The notes beneath the pieces are model-generated. The model was not told where the DNA came from. It saw only the letters and a list, made by a program, of their open reading frames with translations, and made no database searches. The position numbers and the translations under genes were made by a program. From NCBI GenBank assembly GCA_041736515.1, contig JBGSTP010000242.1, positions 8,099 to 72,098 on the forward strand: a stretch of 64,000 nucleotides of DNA, given 5' to 3'. Source of the stretch: Pirellulaceae bacterium. GTDB lineage: Bacteria; Planctomycetota; Planctomycetia; Pirellulales; Pirellulaceae. Shown in pieces: positions 55,738 through 64,000 of this stretch; the stretch's first letter is position 1; every line of letters begins with the position of its first letter.

Positions 55738-56922
55738 CTAGCCTGGGTACCTTTGCGCAAACGTGTTGGAATAGAGTTCTTGGAAATCGCTTAGAGTAAG
55801 TGGGCGCGGATTGAATGTGCCCGTCCATTGCCCTGTTGCATCTTGGGCGAGCTGAGGGAGTGCATCGGTAGGTACCCCCACTTGATCGAGTTCGGTTGCT
55901 AGTCCTGAAATGGACACCAAATGTTGAATGAGCAACGCCAACGAATTCGCGGCGTCGTCTGCTTGAAATCGCTTACCAAGCTCGGTCTCGGCAACGTCGC
56001 GCCAAAGTTCGTCGTAGAGAGCTCCCACTTTGGCCCCATTAAATCGAATGACCGACGGGAGCATCATTCCGACGGCTTGTCCATGCGTGACACCAAACCG
56101 AGCTGTCAGTGGATTGGCTAACGCGTGTGCCGCCCCCAGCATGCTTGTCTCGATAGCCAGTCCGGCGAAAAAAGCGCCGAGCTGAACGTGCCCGCGCGCC
56201 TCTACATTGTTGGGCTCGCTGAGCACGATAGGAAAGCCGGAGCTGAGTAGTTGCCAGGCTTTGCGGCTATAACAATTGCTCAGCGGTGTGCGTCGACTGG
56301 TAACGTGCGACTCTAGAGAATGCGAAATGGCGTCTATGCCGGTGAGAGCGGTAACGCGTGGCGGTTGGGTAACGGTGAGTTGGGGATCCAATATGGCGAC
56401 ACGAAATGCGGCGCGCGGATCGCCGCAAGCCATTTTGACGTGGGTCTCCGACTGGCTGATTAAAGCAAAAGACTGGGCTTCGCTGCCGGTTCCTGCCGTG
56501 GTCGGTATGGCGATCATGGGCAGTAACTCGGCTGTTGCTTTGCCGACTCCCCAGTAGTCCTCCATGCGCCCACCGCAGGAATAAATGAAGTTGATTCCTT
56601 TGGCGCAATCCATCGAACTTCCACCGCCGATGGCGACCAGCAAATTGGGATGCGTTCGTTGAGCGACCGCGACTCCATCAGCCACATCTTGGGTAGAGGG
56701 ATTCTCGTGAACGCCGAGAAATGCATCGACACTCAAGCCCGCACGGACCAGCGAATCCACGCCCCGCTGGAAGTGGCCAGCGGATACAACTCCATGGTCG
56801 CTCACAACCAACACTCGCGAACAACCCAGCTCGGCTGCAAGTTGACCTAGTCGATCGATCGCGTTTTGGCCAAAAACAAGTCGGGTTCTCGGCTGATAAT
56901 CGATGCTATCCATTTGCCTCAT
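55738..56922 (-). CDS. iron-containing (group III) alcohol dehydrogenase
   Basis: The listed ORF runs to 56994, and the likely starts are ATG 56922 or 56913. The motifs AIGGGSSMDCAKG and HALANPLTARFGVTHGQAVG are present. Confidence 0.88.
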   Translation of the reverse strand: MRQMDSIDYQPRTRLVFGQNAIDRLGQLAAELGCSRVLVVSDHGVVSAGHFQRGVDSLVRAGLSVDAFLGVHENPSTQDVADGVAVAQRTHPNLLVAIGGGSSMDCAKGINFIYSCGGRMEDYWGVGKATAELLPMIAIPTTAGTGSEAQSFALISQSETHVKMACGDPRAAFRVAILDPQLTVTQPPRVTALTGIDAISHSLESHVTSRRTPLSNCYSRKAWQLLSSGFPIVLSEPNNVEARGHVQLGAFFAGLAIETSMLGAAHALANPLTARFGVTHGQAVGMMLPSVIRFNGAKVGALYDELWRDVAETELGKRFQADDAANSLALLIQHLVSISGLATELDQVGVPTDALPQLAQDATGQWTGTFNPRPLTLSDFQELYSNTFAQRYPG

Positions 56923-57199
56923 CTGCTTAAAAATGGAGTCGTAAATTGTTGAGTTGACCTTTTGGATTTTCGGCGTGAATGGCCCCGATTCCATCCCAGG
57001 GACAGCCCGGATGCCTCAGTAAATCGTCTACCACCAAGAGTCAATATTTTACGTCCGGAGCCGATTCGCACCATTCTAATGGAAATAGTCCTTTCTAGTC
57101 TGCTGTGTTGCAACTAAAATCTCGCCACCGGATGTTTTCGGACTCCACGCGAATGTAGCAACAGCCCCCCAGGTACCAGTAATTTTAAAGTGCAATACG

Positions 57200-58114
57200 A
57201 TGGATAAACGTGCGATTACTCCCGCAAGATTGGCTGAAAGCGTTATTGCAGTGCCACCTTTGGCTCGCGATGCCGGCTTAAAAATTGATGTTGCAGAAAA
57301 CAAGAAACTCGTACAGCACATTGAAGCAGGAGGAGTTAACACGCTGTTGTACGGTGGTAACGCAGTGTTGTATCACGTGCGGTTAAGCGAGTACGCGAGA
57401 CTGCTGCAGACGCTGACTGAGATAGTGGATGCGGGCACGCTCGTTGTTCCGTCGGTGGGGCCGGCCTTTGGAACTATGATGGACCAAGTAGAAGTACTGC
57501 GGGATTTTGATTTTCCAACTGTGATGATTTTGCCGCAAAAGGATATCGCGGACTCGGCGGGCATCGCCAATGGGATTCGGCGATTCGTCGATGCCTACGG
57601 CAAGCCGATCGTTCTTTATCTAAAGCACGATCGTTGGCTCTCTCCGGATGTGGTCGGAAAAATGTATCGAAGTGGTAGTATCAGTTGGATTAAGTACGCA
57701 GTAGTGCGAGAGGATACCTCCAAGGATGACTATCTCCGCGAGGTGCTTTCCGAAGTGCCAGGTGAAATCGTTGTCAGTGGAATCGGTGAGCAGCCTGCTA
57801 TCATTCACCTACGCGATTTTGAGATCACTGGCTTCACCAGTGGTTGTGTGTGCGTCAATCCGGCGCGGTCAATGAGCATGTTGCGGGCAATCCAGGTGGG
57901 TGATTACGAACTAGCCGAAAAGATTCGACAAGAGTTTTGTGGCTTGGAGGATTTGCGCAACTCTATCAATCCGATTCGCGTTTTGCATCGAGCGGTAGAG
58001 TTGGCTGGAATAGCCCAGACTGGCCCTATGTTGCCGATGCTGGGAGAGCTTGAAAGCGCGCACACCACAGCCGTTGCATCCGCGGCCATCGCGCTGAAAA
58101 ACATATCGAATTGA
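57200..58114 (+). CDS. dihydrodipicolinate synthase-family (class I aldolase) protein
   Basis: The pattern VIAVPPLARDAGLKIDVAENKKLVQHIEAGGVNTLLYGGNA and a candidate Schiff-base Lys in SWIKYAVV resemble the DapA/NAL family. Specificity is unknown. Confidence 0.5.
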   Translation: MDKRAITPARLAESVIAVPPLARDAGLKIDVAENKKLVQHIEAGGVNTLLYGGNAVLYHVRLSEYARLLQTLTEIVDAGTLVVPSVGPAFGTMMDQVEVLRDFDFPTVMILPQKDIADSAGIANGIRRFVDAYGKPIVLYLKHDRWLSPDVVGKMYRSGSISWIKYAVVREDTSKDDYLREVLSEVPGEIVVSGIGEQPAIIHLRDFEITGFTSGCVCVNPARSMSMLRAIQVGDYELAEKIRQEFCGLEDLRNSINPIRVLHRAVELAGIAQTGPMLPMLGELESAHTTAVASAAIALKNISN

Positions 58115-58154
58115 GGGCAATGCTGAGACAGAAATTTGTATTGGGCCCGCACTA

Positions 58155-60956
58155 TTGAAAACACGGTCAACGGCAAGAAGGTCTGATCCCACCACGGCCA
58201 TCGAAATTCGTGGTGCGCGCACACATAACCTTAAGAATATGTCGCTGTCGATTGAGCATAACGCTTTGACTGTTCTGACCGGTGTGAGCGGCAGTGGCAA
58301 AAGTTCGTTGGCTTTTGACACGCTCTATGCCGAAGGGCAGCGCCAGTACATTGCTAGTTTGTCAACCTATGCTCGGCAGTTCCTTAATCAGATGCAGCGG
58401 CCCGATGTCGACAGCATCGAAGGTCTCCAGCCGACTTTGTGCATCGACCAGCGCGCGGGTATCGCTAACTCGCGAAGCACGGTGGCCACCGTTACCGAGA
58501 TCTATGACTATCTGCGTTTGCTCATGGCGCGTGTTGGCACTCCGAGCTGTACCACGTGTGGCAAACCCATATTGCAGCAGTCGGTCCAGCAGATCCAGCA
58601 AGTACTGATGCAGTTGCCCGAAGGTACGAAGTTGGTGCTGATGGCACCCGTGGTTCGCGGTCGGAAGGGGGCCCACCGCGAATCGCTTCAAGCCATTCGA
58701 AAAGCCGGACTCGTTCGCGCGCGAGTAGACAATGAACTACTGGACCTCGATGCGGTTCCCGAGCTTGCTATTCGCAAAAACCATACCATCGAAGCAGTTG
58801 TCGACAAGATTGTCATTAGGCCCGGCATGGAAAGCCGCATTGATGAGTCGTTGCAATTGGCGATTCGCTTAGCTAGCGGACTAGCCTCCGTCAGTTATTT
58901 GACTCCGCAAGCGGCAGAGATGGACGGTGAGAACAGATGGCAAGAAGACTTCTTTAGTACGCTGTACGCCTGTCCGGACTGTGGGGTCAGCTTCGAGGAG
59001 GTCGAACCGAGAACATTCAGCTTCAACAGCCCCTACGGTGCCTGCCCCGCATGTGAGGGCCAAGGAACCGAGCAGGGATTTGACCGCGGGTTATTGATTG
59101 CCGACGAAACGCAACCGCTGAACCGCGGGGCATTTTCATTCCTTCCACAGTTGCCTGGAAAACACAGGAAACGTCTACTGCAGACGCTAGGAGATTGGTT
59201 GGGGCACCATGGCCAGCCAGTCTCTGTGTTGCCCAGCCAACTTGACGAACCCAGTCGCCAGCAACTTTTGGAGAAAGTAGTCCAAGAGCTCGAATCGATT
59301 GCCTCAATCGCGGACGAAGAGGTTCGTTCAAGTTTGGCCAATCTGAGACAAGATATACCATGCGGTCAATGTGCGGGGGCTCGTCTGCGCGCGGAGGCCT
59401 TGTCGGTTCGCATTTCGGAGCTGTCAATTTTCGAAATTTGTTCGCAGTCGATTCAACAATCGCTCGAGTGGTTTGAGAAACTGGAATTCGGACCAGACAA
59501 AGCGCTGATTGCAAATCCCATTATCACAGAGATGATGCATCGCTTACGTTTTCTGGTCAAAGTAGGCGTGGGGTATTTGACTCTGTCGCGCGCAGCGGAC
59601 ACGCTCAGTGGCGGAGAATTGCAACGAGTTCGATTGGCGACTTGCATCGGTAGTGGTCTTGTTGGCGTTTGCTATATCTTGGACGAGCCCTCGATTGGTC
59701 TTCATCAACGCGACAACGATCGGCTTATCGCATCGTTGCGAGAATTGCAATTACAGGGAAACACCGTAATCGTCGTCGAGCATGATGAATCGATGATGCG
59801 TCAGGCCGACCGCTTGATCGATATTGGTCTTGGTGCAGGAGGTGAGGGGGGCAAGATTGTGGCTGACGGAACGCCCGACGAGGTGTTGGCCCACAAAGAG
59901 AGTTTGACGGCCGCCTATCTTCGTGGAGACAAGTCGGTCTACAGTGGCAAGCAGCCACGGCGGTTCAAAAAGTCTCAGCGTATTCGCCTGCAGGGTGCCA
60001 CGCTTCACAATCTGAAAAATGTAACCGTAGAAGTTCCTCTGGGCCTGCTGGTGGGCGTAACGGGAGTCAGTGGTAGCGGGAAAAGTTCGCTGATTGGCGA
60101 GACACTCGTACCGGCCATTGCGCGAGCTCTAGGGCAACCGACCCGTCGAGTGGGGCCCTACCAGCGTCTGAGCGGACAAGACGCCATAGACAAACTCATC
60201 GAAATCACGCAGGCACCGATTGGCCGATCACCGCGCAGTACTCCGGCCACTTACTGCGGTGTCTTCGATTTAATTCGCGAAGTGTGGGCAAATACCCGAC
60301 TCGCTAAGCAGCGGGGCTACACGTCAACCCGCTTCAGTTTCAACTCAGGTGCAGGCCGTTGTGCAAATTGCCAGGGGCAAGGGCAGGAGAAGATTGAAAT
60401 GAATTTCTTGCCCGATCTATTCGTGACATGTTCGAATTGCAACGGCTCACGTTTCAATCGGCAGACATTGCAGGTAGTTTATCGAGAAAAAACGATTGCC
60501 GAAGTACTCGAGATGAGTGTAAGTCAGGCTTCTGGTTTTTTTGAAAACTTCACAAAGATCCATCGCCTGTTAAGCAGCTTGGAAATGGTTGGCTTGGGAT
60601 ATTTGTGTTTGGGACAGAGCTCAAATACGCTCAGCGGTGGTGAAGCCCAACGCATCAAGTTGGCGACGGAACTGGCTCGCCCCGAAACCGGCAAAACAAT
60701 TTACTTCTTAGATGAACCAACAACGGGATTGCATTTCGAAGATGTTCGGCGACTGACTTGCGTACTCAATGGCTTGGTCGATCGTGGCAACACGGTCATT
60801 GTCGTGGAGCACAATTTGGACATAATTCGCTCGTGCGACTGGCTGATCGACTTGGGGCCCGATGGCGGTGAGGCGGGTGGAGAGATTGTTGCTTGCGGCA
60901 CACCCGCAGAATTGGCTCAAAATGAAGCCAGCTTAACCGGCACGTTCTTGCGCTAG
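58155..60956 (+). CDS. uvrA: UvrA-family excinuclease ABC subunit A (the more canonical of the two copies)
   Basis: 933 aa with a TTG start. [63 protein letters not shown], a second Walker [22 protein letters not shown] and [14 protein letters not shown] are close to E. coli UvrA. Confidence 0.8.
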   Translation: MKTRSTARRSDPTTAIEIRGARTHNLKNMSLSIEHNALTVLTGVSGSGKSSLAFDTLYAEGQRQYIASLSTYARQFLNQMQRPDVDSIEGLQPTLCIDQRAGIANSRSTVATVTEIYDYLRLLMARVGTPSCTTCGKPILQQSVQQIQQVLMQLPEGTKLVLMAPVVRGRKGAHRESLQAIRKAGLVRARVDNELLDLDAVPELAIRKNHTIEAVVDKIVIRPGMESRIDESLQLAIRLASGLASVSYLTPQAAEMDGENRWQEDFFSTLYACPDCGVSFEEVEPRTFSFNSPYGACPACEGQGTEQGFDRGLLIADETQPLNRGAFSFLPQLPGKHRKRLLQTLGDWLGHHGQPVSVLPSQLDEPSRQQLLEKVVQELESIASIADEEVRSSLANLRQDIPCGQCAGARLRAEALSVRISELSIFEICSQSIQQSLEWFEKLEFGPDKALIANPIITEMMHRLRFLVKVGVGYLTLSRAADTLSGGELQRVRLATCIGSGLVGVCYILDEPSIGLHQRDNDRLIASLRELQLQGNTVIVVEHDESMMRQADRLIDIGLGAGGEGGKIVADGTPDEVLAHKESLTAAYLRGDKSVYSGKQPRRFKKSQRIRLQGATLHNLKNVTVEVPLGLLVGVTGVSGSGKSSLIGETLVPAIARALGQPTRRVGPYQRLSGQDAIDKLIEITQAPIGRSPRSTPATYCGVFDLIREVWANTRLAKQRGYTSTRFSFNSGAGRCANCQGQGQEKIEMNFLPDLFVTCSNCNGSRFNRQTLQVVYREKTIAEVLEMSVSQASGFFENFTKIHRLLSSLEMVGLGYLCLGQSSNTLSGGEAQRIKLATELARPETGKTIYFLDEPTTGLHFEDVRRLTCVLNGLVDRGNTVIVVEHNLDIIRSCDWLIDLGPDGGEAGGEIVACGTPAELAQNEASLTGTFLR

Positions 60957-61027
60957 GCGGACTGTGAATCTGCGCCAGCTGACGTGGATGAGGTTACGTG
61001 TCGCAAGAGACGAATTCTGCCACTCGC

Positions 61028-61465
61028 CTAAGTGGTTTCTTCGATTTCCTGTCTTTGCTTGACCATAATGACTTCGTTGCCGATGTCGTTGTAGTGGACT
61101 TCGGTCATCATAGTTTGGATCAGCATGACGCCACGACCATTGGTGCATTCCAGATGCTCATCATTGCGAGGATCGGGAAGGTTGGCGGGGCAAAAGCCTT
61201 TTCCTTGATCCTTGATTCTCATGTAGACTGCGTCGGCAGCCACTTTGAACTCGACTTCGACAACTTTGTCAGCAGCTTCCTTATTGCCGTGCTTGATGGC
61301 ATTGACCATGGCCTCCTCGGCAGCCATCTGGACATGAAAGTTATCCCGGCCTTGCCAGCCATGTTGGCTCAGCTGCTCCATCAGCTTTTCAATCAGGGCG
61401 TGACCTGCATCCAGGCTACTGGGGATCTCCTGTTGCAAGGTCCAAGACCAAGTTCGATCGACCAT
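61028..61465 (-). CDS. anti-sigma factor / Ser-protein kinase of the RsbW/SpoIIAB (HATPase_c) type
   Basis: 145 aa. N-box EEAMVNAIKHGN, G1 IKDQGKGF and G2 GRGVMLI are present. Confidence 0.85.
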   Translation of the reverse strand: MVDRTWSWTLQQEIPSSLDAGHALIEKLMEQLSQHGWQGRDNFHVQMAAEEAMVNAIKHGNKEAADKVVEVEFKVAADAVYMRIKDQGKGFCPANLPDPRNDEHLECTNGRGVMLIQTMMTEVHYNDIGNEVIMVKQRQEIEETT

Positions 61466-61514
61466 TCAAAACTCCGATAGTCATCGTCTCGAACAACGAA
61501 ATCATTTTTAACGA

Positions 61515-61895
61515 TCAGCCAGGAATCCCGAACGCCTTAAGCGCCTCAGATTCATTCTTGCGGATGTCAAAGACTCGGTTCAGGCGAGTGATCGTGAATA
61601 CTTCCATGATTTCCGCCCGGAGGCTGCAGAGCCGCAGAATGCCGCCGGTTTGCTTAATTTTCTTGTCCATCAGAATCAATTTGTTCAAAGCGGCCGAGGA
61701 TAGAAATTCGACTCCATCAAAGTTGAGCAAGACGTGTTTTAGGTGATCCACGTCGACAATGGAGAACATCTCTGCTCCCATTTCCTCGATATTTCCGCTG
61801 TCGACAATCTTCTTGTCGTTAAACCGCACCGTTGCCAATTCGCCGATCTTCGTTACGGACAAGCGACGTCTGTCTGTCATCTGGATCTCCAGCAA
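61515..61895 (-). CDS. STAS-domain anti-sigma factor antagonist (RsbV/SpoIIAA type)
   Basis: 126 aa. VLLNFDGVEFLSSAALNKLI carries the conserved phosphorylatable Ser position, and LRLCSLRAEIMEVFTITRL is a STAS block. Confidence 0.85.
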   Translation of the reverse strand: MLEIQMTDRRRLSVTKIGELATVRFNDKKIVDSGNIEEMGAEMFSIVDVDHLKHVLLNFDGVEFLSSAALNKLILMDKKIKQTGGILRLCSLRAEIMEVFTITRLNRVFDIRKNESEALKAFGIPG

Positions 61896-62107
61896 GAGTT
61901 TTCGTAGAGTTACTAACGGTGAGGTACAGCACTTGCGCGGCAGAAATAACCCGGTTCCTCGGGAGCGTCAGTTATGAACGCTGCGCACGATTGCATGGCT
62001 CAAGACAGCTTGGCTCAAGCCCAGCTTGTACTATGCTAAGCAAAACCAATCTCGCTAGCAAGACGCTAGCGGTAGAACTGGAAACGAACACCCAGAAAGG
62101 CAGTCCA

Positions 62108-62359
62108 ATGCATACCGTCGACGTACTCGAGGAGGCTCTCGAACTGGCTAAAAAAACTGGTTTTGAAATTCGCAGAGAGTTATTGAGCGAAACAGTTGGC
62201 GGAGCTTGCAGAATCGGACCAAAATGGTTGCTATACATCGACGCTACATTACCGGCCCATGAACAGCTGGAACAGGTTATTGCAGCGCTGCGAGCGAGCG
62301 GTATCGTGCGGCCATTGGCGGAAACCTCCCGTCCCCTGAAAGCCCTGCTCGGTGGCTGA
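62108..62359 (+). CDS. small hypothetical protein (83 aa)
   Basis: ATG 62108 lies within listed ORF 61832..62359. Its composition is balanced (MHTVDVLEEALELAKKTGFEIRRELL...), unlike the Ser/Arg-rich antisense ORF 61972..62556. I recognise no family. Confidence 0.4.
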   Translation: MHTVDVLEEALELAKKTGFEIRRELLSETVGGACRIGPKWLLYIDATLPAHEQLEQVIAALRASGIVRPLAETSRPLKALLGG

Positions 62360-62422
62360 GTCTGACGCACCCTTACAGATGGTTGTTTCGATCCAAATTT
62401 GTCGACATTTAGAAGTGGGAAC

Positions 62423-64000
62423 ATGTTCAAATCAGCTTTTGTCGCACTGCTCCTGTGCTGGTTCCTGTTTGGTGCCAGCCACTTGCCTAGTTCGACGGCG
62501 AATGAAAGACCCAACATCATCATTTTGTTGGCCGATGATATGGGGTTCTCCGACATCGGCTGTTATGGCAGCGAAATAGAAACACCCACTCTGGACTCGC
62601 TGGCAGCCAGTGGATTGCGATTTACACAGTTCTACAACATGGCCCGCTGCTGTCCAACGCGGGCGAGTCTGTTAACTGGACTTTATCCACATCAAGCGGG
62701 CGTTGGGCACATGATGGGAGACGATGGCTATGAAGGTTATCGAGGCGAGCTGAACCGGAAATGTGTGACGATTGCGGAAGTTCTAAAAGCCGCCGGTTAT
62801 CGAACCTACATGGCTGGAAAGTGGCATGTCACGCAGGCTGTCAATCCACAGACCGAGGAAGAGAAGCAGAATTGGCCGAAGCAGCGCGGCTTCGATCGAT
62901 TCTACGGCACGATCCACGGTGCAGGAAGTTTCTACGATCCCAATTCGCTAGCGCGAGATAATCGGCTCATCTCTCCGTTCGCTGATCCAGAATACAATTC
63001 GGAAGAGTATTACTACACCGATGCAATTGCCGACCATGCGGCGCGTTTTGTGCGCGAGCACAAAACGGAGAACGCTGACAGTCCGTTTTTTATGTACGTC
63101 AGTTTTACCGCAGCGCATTGGCCCATGCATGCACGCGAAAGCGATATCGCCAAGTACCGTGGCCGCTACGATGCAGGCTACGAAGCCATTCGCTCGACAC
63201 GCTACCAGAAAATGCTCGAATTGGGCGTGATTAGCTCGCAGAATACCGAGGAATGGAACCTGCTCTCGTCTTGGATGGAGTCAGATTATCTCGAGTGGGA
63301 CATCTGCAATATGGAGGTCTACGCAGCCATGATCGATTGCATGGACCGCGGTATCGGACGCATTGTTGACAGTCTCAAGGCGACCGAACAATGGGATAAT
63401 ACGCTAGTGATCTTCTTGCAGGATAATGGTGGTTGTGCGGAGGCCTACGGACGTGGCAACAATGGAAAACCGCGTGCGGATGCTCCTAGCCTAGAGCCGC
63501 TTGCCGCAGAGGCTTTGCAAATGGATATGCAGCCCAAGCAGACGCGCGATGGTTATCCAGTAAGAACTGGAAAAGGGGTTATACCCGGCCCGGCAGACAC
63601 CTACATCGGCTACGGAAAAGGCTGGGCGACTGTCTCGAATACGCCGTTCCGCGAGTATAAGCATTGGACGCACGAAGGCGGCATATCCACGCCACTGATT
63701 GCGCATTGGCCAGCCCGCATAGCTCGCCATGGCCAGCTTGAACATACGCCCTGCCACCTCATCGACCTAATGGCTACCGCCGTAGACGCCAGCGGTGCAG
63801 CCTACCCGACCGAATTTCATGAAGGCCAGAAAATTCGCCCGATGGAGGGCATCAGCCTGCTACCTCTATTCGTCGGTCGAACGATCGAGCGCGAAGCTCT
63901 CTATTGGGAGCACGAAGGCAATCGTGCCGTTCGCCGTGGAGATTACAAACTCGTTGCCAAGAATCGGGAGCCGTGGGAGCTTTACAACATTGCTAAGGAT
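62423..64000 (+). CDS. arylsulfatase (formylglycine-dependent), 3' end outside the window
   Basis: This gene is not in the ORF track because it has no stop in the window. I translated frame 2 from ATG 62423 to 64000 without meeting a stop (526 codons). It has the signal peptide MFKSAFVALLLCWFLFGASHL, the blocks NIIILLADDMGFSDIGCYG and ARCCPTRASLLTG (CxPxR), and later FLQDNGG and HEGGISTPLIAHWP. Confidence 0.9.
   Translation, partial: MFKSAFVALLLCWFLFGASHLPSSTANERPNIIILLADDMGFSDIGCYGSEIETPTLDSLAASGLRFTQFYNMARCCPTRASLLTGLYPHQAGVGHMMGDDGYEGYRGELNRKCVTIAEVLKAAGYRTYMAGKWHVTQAVNPQTEEEKQNWPKQRGFDRFYGTIHGAGSFYDPNSLARDNRLISPFADPEYNSEEYYYTDAIADHAARFVREHKTENADSPFFMYVSFTAAHWPMHARESDIAKYRGRYDAGYEAIRSTRYQKMLELGVISSQNTEEWNLLSSWMESDYLEWDICNMEVYAAMIDCMDRGIGRIVDSLKATEQWDNTLVIFLQDNGGCAEAYGRGNNGKPRADAPSLEPLAAEALQMDMQPKQTRDGYPVRTGKGVIPGPADTYIGYGKGWATVSNTPFREYKHWTHEGGISTPLIAHWPARIARHGQLEHTPCHLIDLMATAVDASGAAYPTEFHEGQKIRPMEGISLLPLFVGRTIEREALYWEHEGNRAVRRGDYKLVAKNREPWELYNIAKD

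Noticed and set aside
61922-61937. AGGTAC-AGCAC-TTGCG (plus strand), with correct GG/GC spacing, upstream of the small ORF and the sulfatase gene.
   Set aside because: The -24 box has two mismatches to TGGCAC plus a mismatching 5' base. At this degeneracy, chance matches are expected in a 64-kb window.
61972-62556. A 194-aa minus-strand ORF overlapping the start of the sulfatase gene.
   Set aside because: Its composition is Ser/Arg-rich. It overlaps the sulfatase signal-peptide and active-site region on the opposite strand, and no start context supports it.
1-64000. Search for CRISPR arrays, tRNA/rRNA/tmRNA/RNase P/SRP genes, insertion sequences, integrases, toxin-antitoxin pairs or known defence systems.
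   Set aside because: I saw no regularly spaced repeats, no cloverleaf-like or conserved RNA motifs in the intergenic gaps, and no transposase, integrase or nuclease-type ORFs. Absence is by eye only; tRNAscan-SE, Infernal/Rfam and DefenseFinder would be the decisive checks.

Overview
By gene content this 64-kb chromosomal segment looks like a Planctomycetota (Pirellulales-type) genome. It carries an adjacent DUF1501 / cytochrome-c-DUF1549-DUF1553 gene pair, formylglycine-type sulfatases, DUF1598-like and DUF1570-like proteins, and ECF sigma factors coupled to Ser/Thr kinases. I support 46 protein-coding genes, two of them cut by the window edges. All family calls come from motifs read by eye, not from database searches. 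I recognised no rRNA, tRNA, CRISPR array, transposase, integrase or phage gene, so this looks like core chromosome rather than an accessory island. Housekeeping blocks are sufR-like/sufC/sufB/sufD/Rieske, trxA, and ilvN-ilvC. The rest is dominated by secreted or membrane proteins of unknown function and by signalling genes: two ECF-sigma/Ser-Thr-kinase pairs, two FHA-domain proteins (one a sigma-54 activator), and an orphan RsbV/RsbW-type pair. Observations most worth follow-up: (1) A near-consensus sigma-54 promoter lies in front of a tiny secreted, acid-free Pro/Val/Tyr-rich protein, 2.6 kb from an FHA-GAF sigma-54 activator. (2) Two full-length divergent UvrA-family genes sit 2.5 kb apart, and the first starts 4 nt after ilvC. 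(3) Two DUF1598-like paralogs both end in a Trp-Trp-Trp C-terminus. (4) A Ser/Thr kinase carries a complete zinc anti-sigma (HxxxCxxC) motif at its N-terminus and overlaps its ECF sigma gene by 14 nt. (5) A DUF58-VWA-M48 peptidase operon has no MoxR ATPase. (6) Several exact small tandem repeats and long hairpins lie at gene boundaries. None of these is proven novel from sequence alone, and each entry states the decisive check.
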